A stretch of 64,000 nt of DNA from Antechinus flavipes. Lineage: Eukaryota. The notes beneath the pieces were generated by a model. That model had not been told where the DNA came from and did not search any database. It saw only the letters and a list, made by a program, of their open reading frames with translations. Both the position numbers and the translations under genes were made by a program. Positions within the stretch are counted from its first letter, which is position 1. Each line of letters begins with the position of its first letter. Below are positions 19,450-31,388 of the stretch, in pieces. The stretch is taken from NCBI RefSeq assembly GCF_016432865.1, contig NC_067402.1, positions 217,496,001 to 217,560,000 on the forward strand. The letters run 5' to 3'.

Positions 19450-20280
19450 GCCAGGTCACATGACCTCATCATAACCACACCTCTGCAATGTCAATGGATC
19501 ACGTGTGATAGCAACAGCTCACGTGGTCAAATTCTCTTCTCCTGGCTGGCCGCTTCCCTCCCCCCCGTCATCCAGCTCTCCAGCCGCCCTAAGGCGCATG
19601 AATGGCTGGTCACGTGCTCCCTTCACGTCCCGCCTGCGCCCGTCTCCCTCCTCCTCCCCGTTTCCGCGCGCCGCCTTGGCAGGGCTGGTCACGTGGTGAG
19701 GGTGTGGGAGAGGGATCCACTCTAGCCCCCGGGAGTCTATGGTGAGGCCTGCCGCCTCCGGCCCCTCGGGACCGAGTTACCCTGCATGGCTCCGCCGGGG
19801 CCGGCTCCGGTGCCTAGATAACGGTCCGTCCCCGCCCTACGCGGCGCGGCCCCCAGCGCCAGAGGAGGTGAGCGCATCTCGGGCCGCCCCGGCCTCGGCT
19901 AGGGGCCGAGCCTTTCTCCGGGAGCGGATTTTGCCGCGGAATGGCCCGAGTCCCCGCCCCCTGCCCTCCCTCCGCTCTCCGCGTGTTGGACTGGAGGCCG
20001 ACCGGAGCCGGACTGAGGGGCCGCCGCCGGGCGTGTAAGGGCGGGGAGGGGGCCCGGGAGCTAGTAGACATCCGTGGGGTCCGATTGTGTGGTGTAACCG
20101 GGGGATGGGGGCGCGAAAGGGCACGGATTGGGCTTTCCCTTGGCATAGCAGTGGCTTGGAGTTTGCCGTCCCCGGAGCTGGAGAGGGGGCGGTGGGGAGG
20201 AGCCCGTTTTCTCGAAGTGGTCAGTAGAAGTTGTAGTGCACAGAGCCGCAACTTGGACGGTCGGGCTAGCGTGTAATTGT
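19450..20280. promoter_or_regulatory. CDK4 promoter/CpG island with E-box cluster
   Basis: CACGTG at 19500, 19520, 19611, 19690; GGTCACATGACC 19454-19465; E2F-like TTTCCGCGC 19661. Confidence 0.85.
19590..19867 (+). other. CDK4: CDK4 non-coding exon 1 (start approximate)
   Basis: donor GAG|gtgagc at 19867/19868; acceptor tag|GCCCAGGATG at 20297; resembles the human CDK4 5' UTR as recalled. Confidence 0.7.
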
Positions 20281-20282
20281 AG

Positions 20283-22201
<1,919 letters not shown>

Positions 22202-22708
22202 CCACTGGAAGAACTGTATCCAGGATCAATACAGAAGGAAGAAGAGCTATAATTCCCCCAACCCACGGACACTAGGATCACTCCTATTGCCACCATGATG
22301 TACAGCATCATAAGGCAGGAGGGAGAACATGATCCTCCATACACATACCCTTCCCAAATCCTTAACCATTTTACACAGAATCTGTTACTGCCTTAATGAT
22401 ATTCCTTTACCACCAATACCCTTTGTGAGTCATCCCTCTGCCCCACCCTAACCCCTTAGATTTTAGGGGAGGGAGAAGAGGGATTTATACAGGAAAAAAC
22501 AAAACACGAAGCTGGTCTGGTTTTTATGTTTCTGACTCTGATTAACTATGAACCTGCAATTTAGTGGGGATTGGAAATAGACAATATAGTAATTAAAAGT
22601 CATTGAACAGGGCCTTCTGTGTAGGGTCCAAGGAGTTAACACTATCTTCATTTGAGAAAGACATTAAAAAAAAAAAAAAAGGTTATGCAGATACAGGATT
22701 AAAAAGAT

Positions 22709-22714
22709 TTTATT
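22709..22714 (-). terminator. Probable TSPAN31 polyadenylation signal AATAAA
   Basis: TTTATT on plus, about 490 nt past the TSPAN31 stop, followed on minus by a long T-run (22666-22680). Confidence 0.55.
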
Positions 22715-23199
22715 TTTTACATTCACTACACTATTCAAAAATACAAAGCCCTATGCTTTCAGTAACATCAGAAAGTTGGAACCTTTGGAGGCTCCTTTTA
22801 CCCACCCATCCCACCCCCAAGGAAATTGTTTCCATTCTGGGTGATTGGCTGTGTCTTGGCTGTAATTAACCTTGGAGATGAGAAACACTGGACAGGGTAA
22901 GACAGATCAAGCCAGTCTAGGAGACTGGCAGGGCAGGAGTTTGCAGGGAGGTTCTTGCCCCATTCAATCACATGCACTTGATAAATAGCATCCCCCTTCC
23001 TGGGGGCATCGGGGTGTGTTCAGAATCTTCCCAACTCTGCCTAGCCCATAAACGTCATTTCAAGGACAGGAGCCTAACTGTCCAATCGGCTTAGGGGTTG
23101 CAGCAAAGAATAGCCTCTTCCTATTTCCTTACATGGAAAAGGCCCCAAGGTCCCCACCATGACTGAGTGGGGAAAAGAAGGGTCAGAAGCATCAGATCT

Positions 23200-23274
23200 T
23201 TATAGGAAGGCACTGGGGTTTGCACGAGGGTCCTTCTGATTCCGGAATCTCATTGCTAGCCACACACCTAGGAT
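23200..23274 (-). CDS. TSPAN31: TSPAN31 exon 6 (stop TAA)
   Basis: [24 protein letters not shown]. Confidence 0.96.
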   Translation of the reverse strand: MLGVWLAMRFRNQKDPRANPSAFL

Positions 23275-25265
23275 CTGGGGGGGAGGGGGAGGTAAGAAAC
23301 ATTTTAGACGGAAAACAATATTAAGTGGTGGAGAAATAGCATCTGTGTACAAGGTAATCAAACCCACAATGAGTATTTTATAAATCCCACTTAAGAGGAC
23401 TAATGTGGAGGATAATTTGGGAATGGGAGAAGAAATATCTCACCTCTGTAAAGCTGAAGAAGAGTCCAACACCTCCCAGAATTTTCAGTGCTTCATCTGA
23501 ATGCTTAAGAAATTTGTCTCCACAAACTTGGCACTTTGGACTATGGGTCTTACAGTGCTAGAAATAAGAGGATTCAAAATTATGATTCTTGGTAGATAAA
23601 AAACATGTCCTACCCTATCCCAAGTGGTCATATTTCTCTAGAAATGGATAACTAGTATTAATATCCATTGATAATCATTCAACCTTTAAACCATCTCTTA
23701 CCTTGTCCTCTTTTTTCCCCCCAGCCATTCATTCTTCAACTTTCATAATCTCATAATGCCAATCCCCTTTCCCTCTAGATTTTGTCCACTACTGTTATCC
23801 CCAGTCCCCTCCTCACTGCAGTGCAGAAAGCATAGTCCTGGAAGTATAAAGTGGTGGAGTTGAAGAGGCCACAGCAATCCAAACTTGTCTCTAGTTCATT
23901 CCGGGTCTTGTTAGTCATGACCATCCAATAGGTGCTGATGACATCTTTCTGATAGAAAGAAATGGAGTACTAATAAAACAATCCCAACTCTAACTGAAGA
24001 AATTTTCATCATGCCAAAATAAGTTTTGTTCCCCAATTCATCTGAGGAACATGGAGCAAAACTAAGAGTTTGGGGCATTACAAAGTACAATGAGCACTTT
24101 TTTTCCCTGAAGATTACAGTTTTCCAATCATTCAAATCCCAAACTGACCAGAAATCTAGTTTGGAATCAGGAAATTGGAAATGGTAGAACCAAGAGGATT
24201 CTTTAAAGGAGGGATGGAAGCTGCTGGGGGAGAAGGATAGAGGAACATGTCTCCTTACCTGTGTGTTTCTGTTAATTGCCAGACAGGAACAAGAGATTCC
24301 AAATTGGAAGATAAAAACCAAACCAAGAATGATCATATACTGAGAGTGAGACTAAGTTAAGGACAAGTAATCAGACACATTCCCACTTTAAACACATCTA
24401 TCATTACTTTTGGTTTCATGCTGTTGTGAGAAACTTGAAAAGAAAACCAACGATTTGCTCTACACTAGGAGAGACAGTTGTCATAAGTAAGGCAGGACTC
24501 CGACAAACTTGAATCCCTCGGGCATTCTTCCTTCTACCTCTCAGGCCCTCACAACCCCTGCCCTCTTCCTCTTCCCCTAGAATCCTGGGCAGATCAGGAT
24601 ACAAAGAAAAGCAGGACTTGGTGGTGATAGACCGCACCGATGAGACCAACCACGGCAATGAGGAGGAGGAAGACACCCACGGCGATGACTCCCCCGATGA
24701 TGTGGATGCTGGACACCAACCCCAGACCCTTACCCCAGGCCGCCACACCGATCAGCAGCAACCCCACCAGCTGCGAAAAGGAAGGGGGCAGGGAGGGAGC
24801 TTAAAGCGCAGGGCGCGGGAGCGGCTCCAGACCGCTGGGGTCAGCCGCGAAGGGTCCCCGACGTGTCTGCGGGCTCTTCTGGATCGACCAGCCTACCATT
24901 TCCACCCCCCGGCATCATCACGACAGCGGAACCAGGCAATGGAACCTTGGGCTCCTTTCCCCTGCCTGTCCCGGGGAGAGACTAAGACCCCGGGGACGAA
25001 GAACCGACCCACACACCCACACTCCTTCCCACCGCCTTAAGGTGTGTCCCCTCCCCCGTCGTGGCCGGAAACTCTCCCCCCTTCCCACAGAAATCCTGGG
25101 ATCTCCCCTCACATTGCTCCCCCCAGGAATTCCCCTAGGAATCTTGGAAACCCCCCGCGGACCCTCTCCCCACCGGAAGTCCCATAGGACCCATCTCCTC
25201 ACCATATAGACCACGTTGAGCGCACACAAAGCATTCTTGGAGCAGGCAAAACCACCACAAACCAT
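23200..25265 (-). CDS. TSPAN31: Tetraspanin-31, 210 aa
   Basis: complement(join(23200..23274,23444..23557,23817..23948,24259..24339,24603..24770,25203..25265)) = 633 nt; [14 protein letters not shown] start, four TM segments, CCG motif, end PRANPSAFL. Confidence 0.98.
23444..23557 (-). CDS. TSPAN31: TSPAN31 exon 5
   Basis: [38 protein letters not shown]|gtgaga. Confidence 0.96.
23817..23948 (-). CDS. TSPAN31: TSPAN31 exon 4
   Basis: [34 protein letters not shown]|gtgagg. Confidence 0.96.
24259..24339 (-). CDS. TSPAN31: TSPAN31 exon 3
   Basis: [27 protein letters not shown]|gtaagg. Confidence 0.96.
24340..24602 (-). other. TSPAN31: U12-type (minor spliceosome) GT-AG intron, TSPAN31 intron 2
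   Basis: donor GTATCCTG; branch TCCTTAAC at 24363-24356, about 16 nt from the acceptor. Confidence 0.85.
24603..24770 (-). CDS. TSPAN31: TSPAN31 exon 2
   Basis: [25 protein letters not shown]|gtatcc. Confidence 0.96.
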
Positions 25266-26000
25266 CTTCCCGGCTATGGGGACCGGGGTCCCGATGACTC
25301 AAAGGTGCGAAAGGTCTCGGGGACCGTCCGCTAAGGCCCCGGCGGCTTCTGTCTCTTTAAATCATCTTCTACCAAAGCCCCGCACTCTGCGCCTGCACCG
25401 TCCCGCCTCTGCCTCCGGATTGGTAAGACTCAAGTTTCACTTCGCCCTTCGATTGGTACACCTATCGATCAATCGAATCGGGAGTCACCGCCCAAGGCTC
25501 CCGCTTACACCGGCCCGGTTATCATTGGGCGAGATATGAGAAGGGGGCGGGGCCTCCAGTGATTCTCGTAGGGGCCTGGGGCTGCTGCCGCCGCTACTGA
25601 TGCTGCTACAAAACCCCGGATGATTGTGGACCTCCGCGACAGAGGCGGCGAGAAAAAAGCTGAGTAGGGGACTGGAGCAGAGCTGGGCGCTGAGGTAGAA
25701 AAGGCGCGGGGTGGAGGGGATGAGGACTAAACTGATAGAAGGGCGGGGCAGCAGGGCCCCACCCCTGGAGGAACCGCCCCCGAGGCCCCTCCCCCAGCTT
25801 GTCCCGCAGTGACCTCATGGGGAGGTTGTTTTGTTGTGGCGTCACACTCAGTGACTGGACCCCGCCCAGGGCCTGCGAAATCGGGCGGCGGGCCCGGGGA
25901 AGGCGGAGCCCCGACGGGAGGGACTGAGAGGTAGACTCCTGAGGCGGGAGTCGATAAAGGTCTCGGCAGTCACCCTCCCTAGCTTCTCCACTATACGGAC
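24780..26000. promoter_or_regulatory. TSPAN31 CpG-island promoter
   Basis: CpG-rich; CCAAT boxes (ATTGG on plus at 25419, 25452, 25524), GC box 25543-25551, NRF1-like TGCGCCTGCA near 25388. Confidence 0.8.
25203..25265 (-). CDS. TSPAN31: TSPAN31 exon 1
   Basis: [21 protein letters not shown]|gtgagg. Confidence 0.96.
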
Positions 26001-26039
26001 GAGAAAAGTCAGGTTCAGGGCAGGATAAAAGAATATGGC

Positions 26040-26460
26040 CTCCTCAAGTGGTGCATTCAATAGAGACAGAAAGTCTTGCGTTCAAATTTTGCTCCAGATG
26101 ATACAACGAAGCTGTTCGATCCTGAGCTAGTCGCTTAACTTATATCTGCCTCGGCTTCCTTATATGCAAAATGGTATAATAGCATCTCCGCTCCACAGAA
26201 TTGTTGTGGGGATCAAAAAAGATAACTTATCCAAACCACTAGATTATTTTTATGATCTCATGTTGTGCTGGAAGGCATCTTAGGCATTTTCTCGCCTAAT
26301 CTCTGCAGAGCCTGAGTTAAAAGGAATATTAGAGATCATCCAATGACCAATCTCTTCATTTTGAAGATGAGGAAGCTGAGACCCTGAAAGCTGAAGTGGC
26401 TTTTGTCAAAACCACACAAGTCTTAATTAAGCAGAGTTCCTCAGCTTCTAATTTAGTGTT
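26040..26460. mobile_element. MIR/CORE-SINE pair
   Basis: ctcggcttccttatatgcaaaatgg (+) and cattttgaagatgaggaagctgag (-). Confidence 0.6.
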
Positions 26461-26559
26461 TCCTCTGTAAAAGAGTGGTATTTACCATTGTATAAGTGAC
26501 AACAAAATGTATTACTTGGTGATACTAAACATAGACGATTATAGCAATAGAAGACCTAG

Positions 26560-27720
26560 CTGTCCTTGAAGAATTCTGATAACAGCTCATATGAACTACA
26601 TCCTCTGGTCCTGAAAGAACTGGTAGATGTGACTGTTGAACCACTGTCAGTTATATTTAAGAGATCGTAATAAATAAAAGCAGCACCATAGGACTGAGAA
26701 AGGGCAGATGTTATCAAAAGAGCAAATTTCAAAAAAGGGAAGAGAACAAAGTATACAAAGGATAAGCCAATGAATTTGACTTTGATTCCTGGGAAAATTC
26801 TAGAAATGATTGATGAATATCTGAGAAGAGAAGCAGTGATTCCAAAGATCCAGGTCATGCCAGACTAGCTTTTTTCCTTTTTTGACAGGAGTGCTAAACC
26901 ATTAGATGGGGCAGAATGCTATGGAAATATCTTACTTAAATTTTAATAAAGCTTCTGATAAAAGTGTCTCATTTATCCTTACGGAGAAGATGGGTATAGG
27001 CTAGATAAATACATTCTGATGGCTTCAGAACTGGCTGAATGAAATGGATAAGCAGTAACTGTTATGGGTTAATATCACCATAACAAAAGAACTCCACAAG
27101 AGTAAATACCTCAAGACATCTCTACCCAGTGCTGTTTTTTATCAATAACTTGGAAAAAGGTTTAGATGACATGATCATACTTACACAGGGCACTAAGCTG
27201 GGAGATTTTAGCTAACATGCTGGATCATAATAGTAGCTGATCTGAAAAAGATCTGAGGATTTTAATGGACTGCAAGCTTAATGTGTAAACAGTGTCTTGG
27301 GACAGATAAAAACTAATGTGATCTGCATTGCGTTAACAGGGTTATAACTTCCAAGAATTCTTAGGAAGAGTGATAGTTTCTTGTGCTTTGCCCTCATCAG
27401 ACAGATCTCATCTAAACTCTTGCATTCACATGGGGTGTCATGATTTAAGCAGAATCTTGATAAGCTGGAGAGGATTCAGAGAAGGGTGGTCAGATTAGTG
27501 AAGGACCTTGAGTCCATGATAAGAAAATCTTTTGAATGAACTAAGAAACATGTTCATTATGAAGAAAAGAAGACAAAGAGGAATGTGAAGTTCCTGGCAG
27601 GGCATGGAAACAGAGCATTGTGTAGAAGTTCCAAAGAGGTTAATTACAGTCTGATCTCAGGTGCTAACAACTGGACCTCTTGGGTGATCTTTAAGAAGAT
27701 ACTTGACATTTGTCGTATAT
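26560..27720 (+). mobile_element. Degraded L3/CR1 LINE ORF2 fragment
   Basis: remnant peptide ELHPLVLKELVDVTVEPLSVIFKRS and CR1-type 3' motifs (aaagatctgaggatt, gataagctggagaggattcagagaaggg). Confidence 0.8.
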
Positions 27721-28184
27721 GCTCTTGTAGGGAATTCCTTTCATGTAGGAGTTGAAATAGTTAGATACTCATAACTCTTTTAATTCTGAAATTCCATGAT
27801 TCTGATTCCAAATTCAGTATTCTTCCCATTAAAACATGCTGTATCCAGATCTTTTCTTTTCTATGATAGAAAGTTAGTAGCCTTTGTTTTTGTCCAGACT
27901 TGTGATTCATCAGTGTGGTTTGGAATTCTTGGTATTAAACTCCCTCTGCTGTTGCATATATATTACAGAGTACTACTTGGGACATTCATAGATTAGGCAC
28001 TTTAATAATGATAGTAATGTGTCAGAGGCAGGAATTGAACCTAGTTCTCCTTAACTCCAAGGCCAACCCCTCTATCTATTATATTAGGAGATGCTTCTCC
28101 TAATACCTTTTACAAAGTTCAAAAGGAATGGGATAGCTGCTCTCCCCTTTTCCCCAACCCAAATTAATAAAACTTCCAGGTATG

Positions 28185-29340
28185 TGAATAACAAGATGGC
28201 AGACTAAAACATTTTGTTCAGCCTCCATAACATCCCCAAAACAGAAATTACGTACCAAAGATAAAGTAATTTCATCTGTTTCCATGGGATTAGGACACTC
28301 AGAATCCAAAAGATTAGAACAATTCCAAACTCAAGAATTGACACTCATTAACCCAGAGCTCACTCAGCACCCATATTACCAGAACCAAGCAGATCAAGAA
28401 AACCCCATAGGCTTGCATCAAAACCCCTACAACCTCAGTGCTATGAAGACCCCAGCTCCAGGCATCAGAAGTTTGCTTGATCCTCAACAGCTAACTTGGC
28501 CACATATTTCAGGAGCAAAAGCCTGCTAGGAGCTGCAGCCCAGAAGCACCAGGATTGTAAAACTCTGAACTGCTGGTTCTGTGCCAGAGAACCTAAGAAC
28601 AGAGGGAATGGGTCCCAAGACAGGATGCTGTAAATGCAGGGGGCTGTATAGCCCTCCACTAAGCCTGATGAAAAGAGCACAGCATCCATCAGGGGCCAGT
28701 CCTGACCACCAAAAGTTGGTTGGAGTAGAGACTTAGACTTGTGAACAATGAGTTATCCAATATGAGAAGAAGCTGACTTGCTTTGAGATTTAGCTTCTAA
28801 GGAAACCACAGTAGTGGGCAGTCAAAGTGAATGGTAAGAAAAATAAGGGGGGAACAGTGAGAGAGAGGAGAGAAAAACTGAAGATACCAAAGAATTGGGG
28901 GGGGTCTCAAAGATCTTGGAAATAAACACATAAATCAACAGGAAAAAAAAAAGTAACAGTGGAAGGAACTATGGCCACCAGATCTAGGAAATTAATTCAG
29001 ACAACTTTGAATAAATACTACAAAATGAAAGAAAATTATCCCAATTTTTCATGAGATTGAAGATCTTAAGAAATATGAAAACATGGAACCTCAATATATT
29101 GTTCTTGAGTGGTTTAAAAGAAATGAGAATTATGAGAGCAGAATTCATTGCCTGCACAGCAAAAATAATGAGTAGAATAGAATTTGAATTTACAGTGGCA
29201 AGCTGCACCAAAGAAACAAAAAAGAGAACAATAGATAGAGAAGACAAATATACAAATGAAGGATAACCTAGAAGAAGAGAAGCAAAAAAACCAATAATAT
29301 TAATAGAGTTCCTCCATGGCCAATTGCATACATAGAAATA
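28185..29340 (+). mobile_element. Old LINE-1 5' UTR/ORF1 fragment
   Basis: starts near CAAGATGGC, A-rich Lys/Glu-rich degenerate ORF1-like frame. Confidence 0.55.
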
Positions 29341-29537
29341 TGTAACTTTCTTATGGGGGCTTGAGGAGAAAAACATTTTGAATGTAGTTCTCCTTCCCAA
29401 GCTTTATAGATCTTTAATAATAGTGTCATCTTCTCCAAGAAAATATCCCTGAATCCTAGGGGAAATTGATCTCGGCATCATAAAATTTTTCTAAACACTT
29501 TATATCTTAGACTTCTTCCTTTCACTGATATCATTCC

Positions 29538-29645
29538 TTTTTTTTTTTTTTTACTTAATAGTATTTTATTTTTCCAATTACCTGTAAAAATAGTTTTCAA
29601 CATTCATTTTTGTAAGATTTTGAATTCCAATTTTTTTTCTCTCCC
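29538..29645 (-). mobile_element. Short LINE-1 3' tail
   Basis: poly-T followed by ttaatagtattttatttttccaattac..tttcaacattcatttt. Confidence 0.65.
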
Positions 29646-31388
29646 CAAGACTTATACTATTCTCCTTTGTATTAGTTGTTTTACATATATGCCTTCCTAT
29701 CCCCCTACCAGGATCATAAACTCTATGATAGATCTGCATCCTTATTTATTTTTGTATATTCAGGGCCTAGCACCATGCCAAAAATGTGTTGGGTAGCAAA
29801 TAGTTAACAGATCTGAAAGATAAAGGGAAGGACCATATATTAGGGAATGGCCAAACAATATGTGGTACATAAATGTACTGAAATGTTACTGTACTATAAG
29901 AAATGATGAATATGATAAAACAGAGAAGCAGGAAAAGATAGGATATGAAAAGTGAAACTAGAAGCACTGGAGACACGTGTGCTATAAAACTATAGTGACT
30001 CAAACCTGGTCCCAGATACCTAGAAGAAAACATATCTGTTTCTTTGCATACATGGGTGTTATGAGTATGAACACATCAAAAAAAGTCAGACTTTTAAAAT
30101 ATGTTAGTTTTGCTGGAAACCATTTTTTCTTTCTTTTCATTATTTTTAATAAGCAATGGCTCTCTGGGAGAGAGAAGGATTTGGAGATGTTGATGTAAAG
30201 ACTAGCTCACTATTAATTCTTTAAATAAATTGTTCTTGAATATTTTGTTGAACTAAAGGAATAAAAGGAAGAGACTTGGAGAACAAAAAACATTGTAAAA
30301 TGTTAGAACTGGAAGGGATCTTGGCACACAGATATATCTCTTGGATTTTCTGACATCCTCGGGACTGAAGTAATTTGCCCAAAGTCACACAAGAAATAGC
30401 AAAGTCAAAATTTGAATCCAGATCAGACTCTCAGTTTAGTGATTTCTTTCCACTAAACTATATTCCCTACTTTCTCAAGATTCACCCTTTTCCTCACCTC
30501 CCCCTTATCTTGAGTAGTCAATTTATCTTGTACTATTCAAACTTGCACATTCATTACCATACAATACTGTGGGAATCAGTTCAGTTCAGTCCCCACTGGG
30601 ACCATAATAAAAAACAAGATGAAAACAGTTCCACAACACAAACACACATACCACACATGGATGTGAGTGCAAGACATCATACGTCAATTTGATTTTTAGC
30701 TTCACTGTGCATATGCACACCCAGGTAAATAAAGTTACAATAAGGAAGCCTCCAAGTAAAGTCCTATTATAAGAGAATAATCTATTCTTTCCCAGAGTAC
30801 AACAATTCTTTCATTTGTGATGCTAAGACTTAGGCAAGTCATCCCAAAGCTGTAGGCATATGCTGGCCCAAGTCCCAAGAAGAATAGGCAGCCTAAGTGT
30901 AAGAAATGAAAATGAGACTCCCCCCTCTCCCACCTTGAGAAATCCCTAAAATAGATACCACTTCTCTTGGGCAACTCGCTTGGGTGAAATTGATAATCAT
31001 CCTTTTCCATATTCCCTTTCTAAATTCTGAAAATAGTAAAAAAGCAAGTGAAGGGAAATTGATTAGGAATGGAAATTGGGGGAATGGTGGTGGTCTTAGG
31101 ATGATAAGTTTTAAAGTTGAAACAGATTTAAAAGATCATTTTACTCTCTTCATTTCTTTGAGTAGAATGACCACTTTAGAAAATGCTTCCAATTCCTTTT
31201 CCAGTCCACACCCTCTCCTGTATAATTCCTTCTCACACTTAGAATCAGAATGAAAGAAATGTTTGGGGGAGGGGGCATTTTGGGGGACCCTAGGGTGATC
31301 AAATTGGGAAAGGATATAGGAAAAAAATCCTGTCAATGTTTAAATGATTTGAAAAATGTGCATGTTAGATGTAAAATCATGCAAATGA

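Noticed and set aside
26556-26858. 100-aa minus-strand ORF
   Set aside because: Antisense of an L3/CR1 remnant
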